Origin: Clostridia bacterium
GTDB lineage: Bacteria > Bacillota > Clostridia > Oscillospirales > CAG-272
Assembly (NCBI GenBank): GCA_017403155.1
Contig: JAFQOP010000003.1
Location: 2,504 to 66,503 of the forward strand
Reading direction: 5' to 3'
DNA length: 64,000 bases
Within the stretch, counting starts at the first letter, position 1. Each line of letters starts with the position of its first letter. The position numbers and the translations under genes were made by a program. Below the pieces are notes generated by a model, which was not told the origin of the DNA, did not search any database, and saw nothing but the letters and a program-made list of their open reading frames with translations. Below are positions 7,093-16,745 of the stretch, piece by piece.

Positions 7093-7857
7093 CTAAATAC
7101 GCGCGAAGTAGCCGTCATATGCCAAAACCATGCCGTGCTGTGCCACAATCGGTGCAAGCTCGAAGTGTATCTCCCTCTTTTTGTCGGTCGGAATATGAGA
7201 AACTATGTATTTCGTCTTTTCTCCCGTTATACCTGCCGACTCGAGAATCCCCTTCATTTTTACAAGGGTATTGAGGTCGTTGTGATAGAGGTGCCTCTCA
7301 CTTATCGGCTCCCCCTCAAGCGCGCAGTCAAGCACTGCGCAGTCGATTTTTAGCATCTTCAGCACGTTGAAGGCTCTCTTGTTGAAGAAGCCGCCGTCAA
7401 GCGCGTAGAATAGCGTGCGCGAGCCGACGAGCAAAAAGCTGAAGCACTCCTCGGCAGGGTCGGAGGTCTGATGATTTGTCGGCAGCGCCGCGGCGGTGTA
7501 TTCTCCCACAACAAGCTCCGAGAAGACACCGATGGGATGTCGCTCGATATTCGGGCTCTCGGGCAGGCGCGAGAGCACCTTCTCCGAGGCAAAAACGCGC
7601 ACCCTTTTTCTCTGTGCCAGGCGCAGCACAGCCCTCGGTGAAAAGTGCCCCTCGTGGGAGTGAGATATCAAAACGTCGGTAACCGTGTTAAATATTTCGT
7701 CAAATCCGAGCTCCTTTGCCACCTCAAAAATGTCGTCGGGCGCATCGATAAGAATATGCTCGTCGACAAGGACGCCTCCGCGTCCACGGAACTCCTTTGA
7801 GTATTTTCTTTTATTCTTGCAGGGGCCGTATCCCGTTCCCAGCATTCTTATTTTCAT
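7093..7857 (-). CDS. MBL-fold metallo-hydrolase
   Basis: ISHSHEGH motif (HxHxxH variant), 254 aa. Start is coupled to the galM stop (TAAtATG). Confidence 0.7.
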   Translation of the reverse strand: MKIRMLGTGYGPCKNKRKYSKEFRGRGGVLVDEHILIDAPDDIFEVAKELGFDEIFNTVTDVLISHSHEGHFSPRAVLRLAQRKRVRVFASEKVLSRLPESPNIERHPIGVFSELVVGEYTAAALPTNHQTSDPAEECFSFLLVGSRTLFYALDGGFFNKRAFNVLKMLKIDCAVLDCALEGEPISERHLYHNDLNTLVKMKGILESAGITGEKTKYIVSHIPTDKKREIHFELAPIVAQHGMVLAYDGYFARI

Positions 7858-7858
7858 A

Positions 7859-8872
7859 TTACTTCAGCCTTTCCACACCGTAGACGGTTGTATGGGTATA
7901 GGTCGAGCCCGCGTCGTAGAAGCCGATACCGCGCTTTATGCTGTTCGGCTCGGTTTGCGTCTCAAGGCAGAGGGCTCCGTGCTTTATCCTCTCAACACCG
8001 CCCTTGAAGTCGGGCTTGCCGCCGAGAAAGTTGCCCGTGTAGAACTGGACGCAGGGCTGATCGGTAAAGACGAAGAGCTTTATTTTTCCGTTGTCCACGG
8101 TTGCAATGAGTGGGAGCTCGTCGTCGTGCAGCCCATCCTTCACCGCGTAGTCGATGTGATAGTTGTGGTCGTATCCGCCAGCCTCGTCGATTCTCTCACC
8201 GATTTTGCGCGGAGAGGTGAAGTCATACGTTGTGCCCTTGACCGCAGGGCGCCTGCCCGTTGGGATGAGGCTGCCGTCAACCTCGGTATATACGTCTGCC
8301 ATTATACGCACGGTGTGACCGAGCACGGTGCCGCCGAGTCCGTCCAGGTTAAAGTACGTGTGGTTTGTGAGTGATATGGGTGTCCTCGCCGAGGGCTGTG
8401 CTATGTATTTTATGGTGAGATATGTGCCTGCTAGCGTGTACGTAACCTTGACGGCAAGCTCGGCAGGGAAGCCCTCCTCTCCGTCTGCGGAAAGGTAGGA
8501 AAGGGTAAGCGACTCTGCGCCCTCTCTTTTTTCGGTGCCCTCATATTTCCACATGCGTCTGTCAAAGCCGCAGCCGCCGTGCAGACAGCTCTCCCCGTCA
8601 TTTTTCGGCAGGAGGTATTCCTTGCCATCCATTGTGAAGGAGGCGTCGGCAATGCGGTTTGCAACCCTGCCGATGAGCCCACCCTGGTGAGAGTCATCGT
8701 TGATATAGCCCTCCACGCTGTCGTAGCCGCCGACGATATCCGTGCCATAGACAACGAAGCGCTGCACCGTTGCACCGAGGTCGAGTATAGCCACCTCGCA
8801 GTCTGCGTTTTTCAGTATATATTCGTGCACGGTGGCACCCGTGTCAAGTTTTCCAAACTCTTTTATCTCCAT
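7859..8872 (-). CDS. galM: aldose 1-epimerase (galactose mutarotase)
   Basis: 337 aa. GGLIGRVANRI and LHGG motifs typical of the aldose epimerase family. RBS ggagga. Confidence 0.85.
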   Translation of the reverse strand: MEIKEFGKLDTGATVHEYILKNADCEVAILDLGATVQRFVVYGTDIVGGYDSVEGYINDDSHQGGLIGRVANRIADASFTMDGKEYLLPKNDGESCLHGGCGFDRRMWKYEGTEKREGAESLTLSYLSADGEEGFPAELAVKVTYTLAGTYLTIKYIAQPSARTPISLTNHTYFNLDGLGGTVLGHTVRIMADVYTEVDGSLIPTGRRPAVKGTTYDFTSPRKIGERIDEAGGYDHNYHIDYAVKDGLHDDELPLIATVDNGKIKLFVFTDQPCVQFYTGNFLGGKPDFKGGVERIKHGALCLETQTEPNSIKRGIGFYDAGSTYTHTTVYGVERLK

Positions 8873-9018
8873 TTTGCATTTCCTCCGAGGATGCTTTTCT
8901 GCTTTTCTCTTATATTATAATTTATTTTTTCCAACTTGTAAAGGGTGTTTTTTGTCACTTTTCGTATTTCTTTAAAATGTTAACTTTTTTGCACCGCGTG
9001 AAAAAAACACCATTTTAC

Positions 9019-9047
9019 TTGATTTTCGTCCTGCATTATGATATGAT
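9019..9047 (+). promoter_or_regulatory. sigma-A type promoter of the three-lipoprotein operon
   Basis: TTGATT 9019-9024, 17-nt spacer, TATGAT 9042-9047. Confidence 0.6.
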
Positions 9048-9100
9048 ATACTAGAGAAAAAATAAAAACGCGTATATGTACGTAAAATAAGGAGATATGT

Positions 9101-12100
9101 ATGACAAGGACTAGAAGAATTATCTCGCTGCTTCTTGCGGCGGTAATGCTTGTGCTTTGCGCATTGCCGCTCGCCTCGTGCGGGTCGGATGACGACACCC
9201 CCTGCACCTCCCACGTTGACGCAAACGGCGACGGTGTGTGTGACAAGGAGGGCTGCGGCGCGAGCATGGGCACGGGCACGTGCCAGAATCACGTTGACCT
9301 CAACGGCGACGGTGTGTGTGACAGAGAGGGCTGCAACGAGCCCGTTGCACCGGCACCGGCAGGAAAAACCAAATACACGGTCCAGCTGAAGTCCGTGGGC
9401 GGCTATAAGCTCTCGGGCGTCTACCTCGACCTATACGATAGCGAGACGGGCGCGCTCGTTACCTACGAGAAGACGGACAAGGACGGCTTTGCCACCTTTG
9501 AGGTAGCAACGAAGGAGACCTACTACGTTTCCTTTGGCGATGGTGCGGCTCCCGCAGGCTATATAGGTCAGCAGAGCTATCCGCTTCAGGCAACGGGAAC
9601 CGTTATCACCCTTGCAACACAGCTTCAGCCGGAGGGACACGCGGGTGTTACCTACGCACTCGGTGATATTATGCACGACTTCACCGTCACCACGAGCGAC
9701 GGCACCGTTATAAAGCTCTCCGAGCTTCTCAAGACGAAGAAGGCTGTTGTGCTTAACTTCTGGTACACAGATTGCTCCTGGTGTATTGAGGAATTCCCCG
9801 ACATCCAGACGGCATACGACACTGTTATAGACGAGGAGACGGGGCTTAAATACAGCGACCTCGTTGAGGTTGTGGCTCTTGACCCACCTGCCGCAAACGG
9901 AGACACGATGACCTCTATCCGCGGCTTCAAGGCGGACATGGATCTCACCTTCCCGATGGGACTTGACAACGACGGCATATATGCCTCCTTCGGTGTCGGC
10001 TCCTTCCCGACCACCGTTATCGTTGACCGCTACGGCATGGTTACGGTAAAGCACGCGGGTGCACTCCTCGGTGCAAGCTACTGGAGAAAGCTGTTCTCCT
10101 ACTTCACCTCGGACAGCTATGAGCAGAAAACTGCCGCTACCTTCGAGGAGCTTATGCCCAAGGATAAGCCCAACGTACAGATGCCCTCCTCCGACAAGAT
10201 AGCGGAGTATTTTGACGGTCAGTCAAATATGGGAATAACCTATTCCCCCGAAACCAAGCCCGGAGACGCAGAGTTCTCCTGGCCCTTCACCACAAAGACA
10301 CTCGATGACGGCACGAAGTGCATAGTCCCCACCAACACGGGCTATGACAATTCCTATGCAACCCTCTACGCCACCGTAACGCTGGAGGCGGGCGAGGCGC
10401 TGATGTTCGACTACCACTCCTCCACCGAGCTTACCGATACCAATGCGGACGTCCTCTACGTAATAGTTGACGGCAAGGATATGTATTCCATCGCGGGTCT
10501 GCACGACAACAAGGATAGCTTCTGGGATAAGTGCTGTGCCTTTGTTGCTGAGGAGGCAGGCACCTATGAGGTAGCCTTCGTCTACATCAAGGACACAGCC
10601 GACGATGACCTTGCGGGAGTTGAGGATACTATATATCTTTCCAACCTGCAAAGGCTCGATAAGTCCGAGGTCGACGTGCCGACGTATATCTTCCGCTATG
10701 CCGACGGACTCACCTCCGGGCAGCTGTATCTGAGCGACGTCGACGGCTACTATCACGTAGGCAGTGCCGACGGTCCCATTCTCCTTGCTAACCTTATCGG
10801 ATATACGCCCTTCGAGAGCAAGCTCGAGACGACCAACGCGAGAAAGACGGTCTCCGAGCGCCTTACCGAGGCGGGTACCTTCCTTGTTGGAGGCACCGAC
10901 AGATACAATGACTTTATCAAGCACGCAAATTACAGCGTAAACTCCAGGAGCAGTGGCTACACCTCGGTTACCGAGGAGCTCTATACCCTCCTCGACGCAT
11001 ACGTAAGGAAGTATGCCGCAACCGCAGGAGTTACCTACACCGCCAACACCTGGCTCACCCTCTGTGCATACTACAACGCGTATGGCACGGGCGGCGAGGA
11101 GATGGCAGACCCGATAAAGGGACTTACCTCCTTCTCAGCCTTCGAGACGCTTGAAACCACCGACCCGAATAATAAGCAGTATAACACGGTAACCTTTGAA
11201 ACCGTGGTAATGCCGAGAGGCTATCTGTATAAGTTCGTGCCCACAAAATCGGGCGCATACCGCATCACAACGCAGAGCGACGGTGTAACGATGAACGACA
11301 GAATCGATGCGTGGATTTTCGTCGGTGACCACTACACCTGGCCGTCGGTTCAGGAAAGAGTGCTTTACGACGATTCCGGTAGGGGCGAGAGATACAACCT
11401 CGACCTGCTTGTTGAGGGCGAAAACGGCTTTGAGCGTGATTACATCAACGCAAGTATGATAACCTACCTTGAGGCAGGAAAGACCTATTACCTTGCGTTT
11501 GGCTACGACGACATTTATAAATTCGACACCTTCACCTTCACCGTAACCTATGAGGCAGAGGCGTTTAACGCCTTCTTCGAGGCGAGCCCCGGCACCTTCA
11601 CCTTTGAGGAGGGCCTCGGCGGCGCTGTCGGCGACACCATCGCGGGCGGCATTGACGTAATGATCAGCCCCGAGGACGGCATCTACCGTCATCTCATCTC
11701 CACCGAGACCGACAAGCAGACGGGTCTTGCACTCACTGATGCGGATCGACTTCGTGGAGAGGGCAGCTTTGTTGAGAAGAGCTGGGAGAATGATGGCATC
11801 TTCACCTACGTAACGGAGGTTTCCACCACGGTTGCACGCAACCGCTACGGTGTGCTTAATAAATCAGTGCTCACCACAACCTATAAGCTTGGCGGCAAGG
11901 TCTATGCCGACCTTATCTGGCCCACCAATATATTCACGACCAGAACAATGCAGCAGCTTATAAACGCGGATTCCTTCGACTTTACCAAGACCTCGGTCGA
12001 CCTTGAGGCGCTTGCAATTTACACAGCTTATGCCGAGGACGGTATAAAGCGCTCCGTAATTATGACCCCCTGGCTCACCGAGCGCTTTGAGGAGCACTGG

Positions 12101-13981
12101 GTGGCAGACGGCACCGAGGCAGCCCTTGGTGCGGCAGGCAAGAGCCCGAGCGAGATTGCCGCAGTAAAGGCAGAGCGCCTTGCCGCCTATATCTCGGCTA
12201 TGAACGAGACGAGCCTCGTTATCGCACCTCTGTTTGAAGAATGGTGGGTGGCCGAGGATATGGAGGCAGAGCTCAAGAAGGACGGTAAGACCAACGCAGA
12301 AATCGTTGAAATTAAAATTGAGGAATTCTATAATTACTGCTCCACCGAATTCACAGGATATGATGGCTACGAGATTATCTTCGAGGGCATTTGGCTCACC
12401 TCGGGCAGGGAGGACGCACTCCGAGCAGAGGGCATGGGACTTGCCGACATCAGAAATCTCAAGAAGGCAGAGCGGATTAAATACGTTGCAGACAGAGAGG
12501 CGTGGGATGAATACTACACCGAGATGAGTGCAACCGACGAGGCTCTTACCAAGCTCTTCAACATCGAGTGGGCAGAGAATGACTCCGAGGGCGACAAGGC
12601 AGCAGCCCTTGCCGCATATCTCGAGGAGGTTCACGAAAGACAGGCTGCGTGGGCTTCCGAATTTGAGTCCGTATGGGAGGAGGGCGGCTATCAGGCTATC
12701 TCCGACGGGCTTTATGACAAGAACTATTTCGAGGGCGAGTATAACGATAATTTCCATGAGCACGCAAGGCGCGGCTTCTATGAGTATCACGGCTACGAGG
12801 GCTTCTACTACTGGAGCGATATCTATGATATGGATAATCTCCTTATAGGAGTATTCCACGGCAGTATCCACTCATCTCTTGACAAGGAGGCTCTTGACCT
12901 CTTTGAGAAGGGCGCTGCGAGAATGCTTAGGGCAGAGTGGGGAAGCGAGTACACCGCAAGGTGGAACGAGATGCGTATGGGCGAGGTTGTCAGCGCATTC
13001 AGACTCGGCACCCTCTCCGTTGCCGATATCCCCGAGGCCTCGGTCAGCACCTTCCTTGCCGCAGGCAGGGCGGGAGTCGTTGAAATTTGGCTTGACGAGA
13101 TGTATGAGTCCTTCGGCATTAACGATATAATCGGAGGCACCTTCCACGGCTCGGTATATTCCGAGGACGATCTTTATATTATGAATCTCGCGCTTGAGGC
13201 GGCATACAAGCTTCTCGCGAGCGAGTGGGGCGAGGACTTTGATCGCAACTGGGACCTCTACGGCATGGACGAGATGGTTGTTGCCTTTATGAACGGAACC
13301 GTCAGAGCCGATGAGCTTCTTAATCCCGATACGGTCACCCTCTTTGTAGATGCTCTGGCGCGAGGACTTGCAACCGAGCTCGGTCAGACCGAGGCGGACG
13401 CGGCGTGGAGCAGCTATGCTATGGAGCAAATCCTTGACGGCACCTTCCACGGCAGCATAAAGAGCGCACAGGACGCAGAGTCCATCGAGCAGTACCTCGA
13501 GCTTGCACGCGAGGGACTCGCTGAGCTCTGGGGCGACGAATATGAGGCAAATCTTGCCGCACACAGAATGGCAGACGTATTCGCTGCCTTCGAGGCAGGC
13601 ACCCTCTCCGAGCTCGGTGAGGAGTACGACGGCGCCGTTGCACTCTTCCACAGCACAGTAAGAGAAAAGATCAAGCAAATGCAGGGGGAGATGTTCGATG
13701 AGAAGTGGGCTTCCTATCAGCTCGACGACGTCCTCGCAGGTATCTTCCACAATGACCTCACCGCAAGGATGCAGGCAGTCCTTGACGCTAATCTCGTCTT
13801 CGACGGCGAGGGTAACCTCGAGTATGAGAAGGCGAATCCCGAGAGGCAGGGCTGCGTCGAGGTTGATGCAGCACTTGCCGAGATGCTCCAGGCTCTTATG
13901 GATAAGTACACCTTTGCAGGTGTAGACCACTCCTGGACCAAGCTCTGCTACTATTATCTGTACCTCGGTCCCGAGGCGTGA
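9101..13981 (+). CDS. giant lipoprotein (1626 aa): 2x Cys/Asp module, prealbumin-like domain, thioredoxin/TlpA-fold domain (CSWC), large repeat-containing C-terminal region
   Basis: RBS aaggag. Lipobox LPLASC-G. Modules CTSHVDANGDGVCDKEGC (9203-9256) and CQNHVDLNGDGVCDREGC (9281-9334). Redoxin-like AVVLNFWYTDCSWCIEEFPD...FPTTVIVDRYG (about 9653-10105). Four GxFH(G/N) repeats of about 100 aa near the C-terminus. Confidence 0.9.
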   Translation: MTRTRRIISLLLAAVMLVLCALPLASCGSDDDTPCTSHVDANGDGVCDKEGCGASMGTGTCQNHVDLNGDGVCDREGCNEPVAPAPAGKTKYTVQLKSVGGYKLSGVYLDLYDSETGALVTYEKTDKDGFATFEVATKETYYVSFGDGAAPAGYIGQQSYPLQATGTVITLATQLQPEGHAGVTYALGDIMHDFTVTTSDGTVIKLSELLKTKKAVVLNFWYTDCSWCIEEFPDIQTAYDTVIDEETGLKYSDLVEVVALDPPAANGDTMTSIRGFKADMDLTFPMGLDNDGIYASFGVGSFPTTVIVDRYGMVTVKHAGALLGASYWRKLFSYFTSDSYEQKTAATFEELMPKDKPNVQMPSSDKIAEYFDGQSNMGITYSPETKPGDAEFSWPFTTKTLDDGTKCIVPTNTGYDNSYATLYATVTLEAGEALMFDYHSSTELTDTNADVLYVIVDGKDMYSIAGLHDNKDSFWDKCCAFVAEEAGTYEVAFVYIKDTADDDLAGVEDTIYLSNLQRLDKSEVDVPTYIFRYADGLTSGQLYLSDVDGYYHVGSADGPILLANLIGYTPFESKLETTNARKTVSERLTEAGTFLVGGTDRYNDFIKHANYSVNSRSSGYTSVTEELYTLLDAYVRKYAATAGVTYTANTWLTLCAYYNAYGTGGEEMADPIKGLTSFSAFETLETTDPNNKQYNTVTFETVVMPRGYLYKFVPTKSGAYRITTQSDGVTMNDRIDAWIFVGDHYTWPSVQERVLYDDSGRGERYNLDLLVEGENGFERDYINASMITYLEAGKTYYLAFGYDDIYKFDTFTFTVTYEAEAFNAFFEASPGTFTFEEGLGGAVGDTIAGGIDVMISPEDGIYRHLISTETDKQTGLALTDADRLRGEGSFVEKSWENDGIFTYVTEVSTTVARNRYGVLNKSVLTTTYKLGGKVYADLIWPTNIFTTRTMQQLINADSFDFTKTSVDLEALAIYTAYAEDGIKRSVIMTPWLTERFEEHWVADGTEAALGAAGKSPSEIAAVKAERLAAYISAMNETSLVIAPLFEEWWVAEDMEAELKKDGKTNAEIVEIKIEEFYNYCSTEFTGYDGYEIIFEGIWLTSGREDALRAEGMGLADIRNLKKAERIKYVADREAWDEYYTEMSATDEALTKLFNIEWAENDSEGDKAAALAAYLEEVHERQAAWASEFESVWEEGGYQAISDGLYDKNYFEGEYNDNFHEHARRGFYEYHGYEGFYYWSDIYDMDNLLIGVFHGSIHSSLDKEALDLFEKGAARMLRAEWGSEYTARWNEMRMGEVVSAFRLGTLSVADIPEASVSTFLAAGRAGVVEIWLDEMYESFGINDIIGGTFHGSVYSEDDLYIMNLALEAAYKLLASEWGEDFDRNWDLYGMDEMVVAFMNGTVRADELLNPDTVTLFVDALARGLATELGQTEADAAWSSYAMEQILDGTFHGSIKSAQDAESIEQYLELAREGLAELWGDEYEANLAAHRMADVFAAFEAGTLSELGEEYDGAVALFHSTVREKIKQMQGEMFDEKWASYQLDDVLAGIFHNDLTARMQAVLDANLVFDGEGNLEYEKANPERQGCVEVDAALAEMLQALMDKYTFAGVDHSWTKLCYYYLYLGPEA

Positions 13982-14008
13982 TATTCCTTGTAGGAAAGGA
14001 AAAATAAA

Positions 14009-15877
14009 ATGACGAAATTCAAGAAAATATGGGCGCTTCTGACCTCGCTTGTGCTCCTCCTTTCGGTGCTCTCGGCTCTCTCCGCCTGCACCGAGCCCGA
14101 CGAGGGCGACGGTGGCACTCCCTGCACCTCCCACGTGGACAACAACGGAGACGGTGTGTGCGACAGCGAGGGCTGTGACGAGAGTGTTGCACCCGAACAG
14201 ACGGGGCCTGTTACCTACAAGGTAACGGTGAGGGACTACTTCGGCAATATTCCCGAGGGCTCCTTCGTCCTTGAGGTCGACACGGGTGCGGAGAACACCG
14301 TCAAGGCAAGGCTCAGAGACGGTGTTGCATCCCTCACTCTCGACCGAGGAGAATACACCTTCTTTATAAACACCGACGGTAAATACGTTTATGACGCGCA
14401 GAGCGCTGTCTGGACACCCGACAGCCGAGAGGCGGAGATAGTTTTCTACTCTCCCACCGTTGCAGGGCCCTCGATAGGCGTGGTATGCACCGAGCATACC
14501 GACAGCAATACCGACGGTGACTGCAGATGTGACCTCTGCGGACTCACACTTCCCACCTCCCACGTAAATGTGCAGGGAAATGACTGCGTTTGCGACGTGT
14601 GCGACGAGGTAATCGATGCATTCCATGAGGATAATGACGGTGACTGCGCGTGCGACACCTGCAGCTCGCCCTACCACCCCGACCTTGGCGGCGACAGAAG
14701 CTGTGACAACTGCGGCACCCCCCTCGTCAACCTTGACGGCTTGCTCGAGGGACGTCGCTACGTGACTACAACGGGCGTGTCTGTCGGTGCTACCTCGGTA
14801 GCCCTTGTGGCAGGGGATATGACCTACTTCATCTTTACCCCCACTGTGGGCGGTATATACAAATTCAGCTGTGTTGCCGAGGGTGAAAGCTCGATAGGCT
14901 ACTACGGAGCTCCCCACTTCGTTCAGAAGGAAAACACCGCTACGATAGTCGATGGTGCATTCAGACTCACTATACCCGAGAGTGCAATAAACGAAGGTGC
15001 CGGTGGCACCGCGCAGTACGTTATCGGTATCAGAAGCGAGTCGACCGAGAGCGCTGTCCTGGTTATAGAGCGTGAGGACGACGTGCCCGAGGAGCTTCCC
15101 TTTGTTGACGTGCGTGCGGAGAGTGGTGCAGTAAAATACGACGACCCTCTCAACGACGGACTCGTCGACATCGACGTCACAAAGGCGGTTACGGTCGTTT
15201 ACAACGAGGATGACGGATATTACCATTACGGCAGCGCAGACGGTCCCCTCGTGCTCGTCAAAATAACAGCGTGCGGCAACTCAAATCTTCCCGATTTTGC
15301 ATTTGCCTCCTTCCTCTCGATAACCGAGACGGACAGGCTCTGCTACTATTTCTATGAGGGCGATACCGTCGTCCGCAAGGAAAGCTATAACGTAATGATA
15401 GAGGACTATGCGGCTCTCGCAGGCTCGCGCGGACTCGTCCCCCTTGACAAGACTCTTGCCGATTCGATAAAGAAAATGGGCGAGCACAACGGCTGGTGGG
15501 AGAAGGGCGGCGTCGGCTACATCTTCGGAGACGTATCGGTGAATGCCGAGTCGGCTTGGCTCTTCGCTTGCTCCTACGTCTCCCCCGACCTCTACGGCAG
15601 CTCTGCCTCTCCGATAGGCGTGAGACCCGAGGAGGGCAAGAGCTTTGCGGTGAGGGTCGACGCAGACAGCTCCACCTATCTCAAAATTATAGGCTCCGTC
15701 GGCGGCAGCTTCACCGTGACACTCTCCGACCCGACGGGCACTGCCACAGCCTCGGTGGGCTCTATGGAATACACCGACACCGACAGCGACGGTGTAATTA
15801 CCTTTGACGTTGCGGTAGGCACGGTGATTGTGCTGGAGTGCGGCACTGACGCGCTCCTCACCTTCACCTGCGAGTAA
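14009..15877 (+). CDS. lipoprotein (622 aa) with the shared N-terminal Cys/Asp module plus four more degenerate modules
   Basis: Lipobox LSALSAC-T. CTSHVDNNGDGVCDSEGC (14123-14176). Cluster CTEHTDSNTDGDCRCDLC...DNDGDCACDTC...GGDRSCDNC (14486-14713). Shares the DGYYHYGSADGPLVL motif with the 1626-aa protein. Confidence 0.9.
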   Translation: MTKFKKIWALLTSLVLLLSVLSALSACTEPDEGDGGTPCTSHVDNNGDGVCDSEGCDESVAPEQTGPVTYKVTVRDYFGNIPEGSFVLEVDTGAENTVKARLRDGVASLTLDRGEYTFFINTDGKYVYDAQSAVWTPDSREAEIVFYSPTVAGPSIGVVCTEHTDSNTDGDCRCDLCGLTLPTSHVNVQGNDCVCDVCDEVIDAFHEDNDGDCACDTCSSPYHPDLGGDRSCDNCGTPLVNLDGLLEGRRYVTTTGVSVGATSVALVAGDMTYFIFTPTVGGIYKFSCVAEGESSIGYYGAPHFVQKENTATIVDGAFRLTIPESAINEGAGGTAQYVIGIRSESTESAVLVIEREDDVPEELPFVDVRAESGAVKYDDPLNDGLVDIDVTKAVTVVYNEDDGYYHYGSADGPLVLVKITACGNSNLPDFAFASFLSITETDRLCYYFYEGDTVVRKESYNVMIEDYAALAGSRGLVPLDKTLADSIKKMGEHNGWWEKGGVGYIFGDVSVNAESAWLFACSYVSPDLYGSSASPIGVRPEEGKSFAVRVDADSSTYLKIIGSVGGSFTVTLSDPTGTATASVGSMEYTDTDSDGVITFDVAVGTVIVLECGTDALLTFTCE

Positions 15878-15903
15878 AATAGGAAATTAAAGGAGAATAT
15901 AAA

Positions 15904-16692
15904 ATGAATATCAAGAGAATAATTTCTCTTCTTCTCGTGCTTGTGCTCTCGCTTGGCGTATGTGTTGGACTTGCCTCCTGCGGTGAGCCCGAGACCGAGC
16001 CCTGCACCTCCCACGTTGATAATGACAAGGACGGTGTGTGTGACACCGAGGGCTGCACCGAGGCGGTAACTCCCTCCGAGCCCGAGAAAACAGCCTATAC
16101 GGTAACCGTGCTTGACGACGAGGGCAACGCGGTTGTCGGAGCTACGGTGGAAATCCTTGTCGGCTCCGTCAGATCGGATATCCTCACCACCAACACCGAG
16201 GGCAAGGTAAGCGCAGAATTTGACGTTCAGGGTACGGGTACTGTTGTTGCGAGAGCTACCGTAAAGACCGTCCCCGCAGGATACAAAACACCCTCCTCTG
16301 CCGAGAGATTTTCCGCAGGCGAGACCGAGCTGACCGTAACGGTTGAGAAGGACAGAAGGGTTGCCCATACCGTAAAGCTCGTTGACAGCGAGGGCAACGC
16401 GCTGAATATTGCAGGCGCGACGGTAATGATTTGCCAGCAGACCTGCCAGACCCCCGTAGATACGGATGAAAACGGCGTTGCAGTAATCACCTTCGAGCCC
16501 CTCCCCACCTACCTCAAGGTAAAAATCACCAACTTCGACTACGACACAAGTGACAACAATGATATCGAGACTCTCGATGCTCTTGTCGGCTACGTCTATG
16601 CCAAGGATACCGATGCTGAGGGATACATTCACTTCGAGCTGAGCGAGTTTGATGCCGCAGCTCCCGTGCTTGAGATCGTGCTTCTCAAGTAA
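15904..16692 (+). CDS. lipoprotein (262 aa) with the shared N-terminal Cys/Asp module and two prealbumin/CarboxypepD_reg-like domains
   Basis: Lipobox VGLASC-G. CTSHVDNDKDGVCDTEGC (16003-16056). YTVTVLDDEGNAVVGATVEI and HTVKLVDSEGNALNIAGATVMI beta-sandwich signatures. Confidence 0.9.
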   Translation: MNIKRIISLLLVLVLSLGVCVGLASCGEPETEPCTSHVDNDKDGVCDTEGCTEAVTPSEPEKTAYTVTVLDDEGNAVVGATVEILVGSVRSDILTTNTEGKVSAEFDVQGTGTVVARATVKTVPAGYKTPSSAERFSAGETELTVTVEKDRRVAHTVKLVDSEGNALNIAGATVMICQQTCQTPVDTDENGVAVITFEPLPTYLKVKITNFDYDTSDNNDIETLDALVGYVYAKDTDAEGYIHFELSEFDAAAPVLEIVLLK

Positions 16693-16707
16693 GATATAAG
16701 AAAATGT

Positions 16708-16738
16708 AAAAAAGGACGAGAAATTCTCGTCCTTTTTT
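16708..16738. terminator. bidirectional rho-independent terminator
   Basis: A-run, stem aggacgag/ctcgtcct, T-run, between convergent genes. The 30-mer at 16709-16738 is identical to 38271-38300. Confidence 0.8.
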
Positions 16739-16745
16739 GTTGTAT

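Noticed and set aside
12872-15226. 784-aa ORF on the minus strand
   Set aside because: It lies entirely antisense to the two lipoprotein genes, which have RBS, lipobox and recognisable domains. Its translation is V/G/A/L/E-rich with no motifs and crosses the intergenic gap. This is a typical shadow ORF of GC-rich coding DNA.
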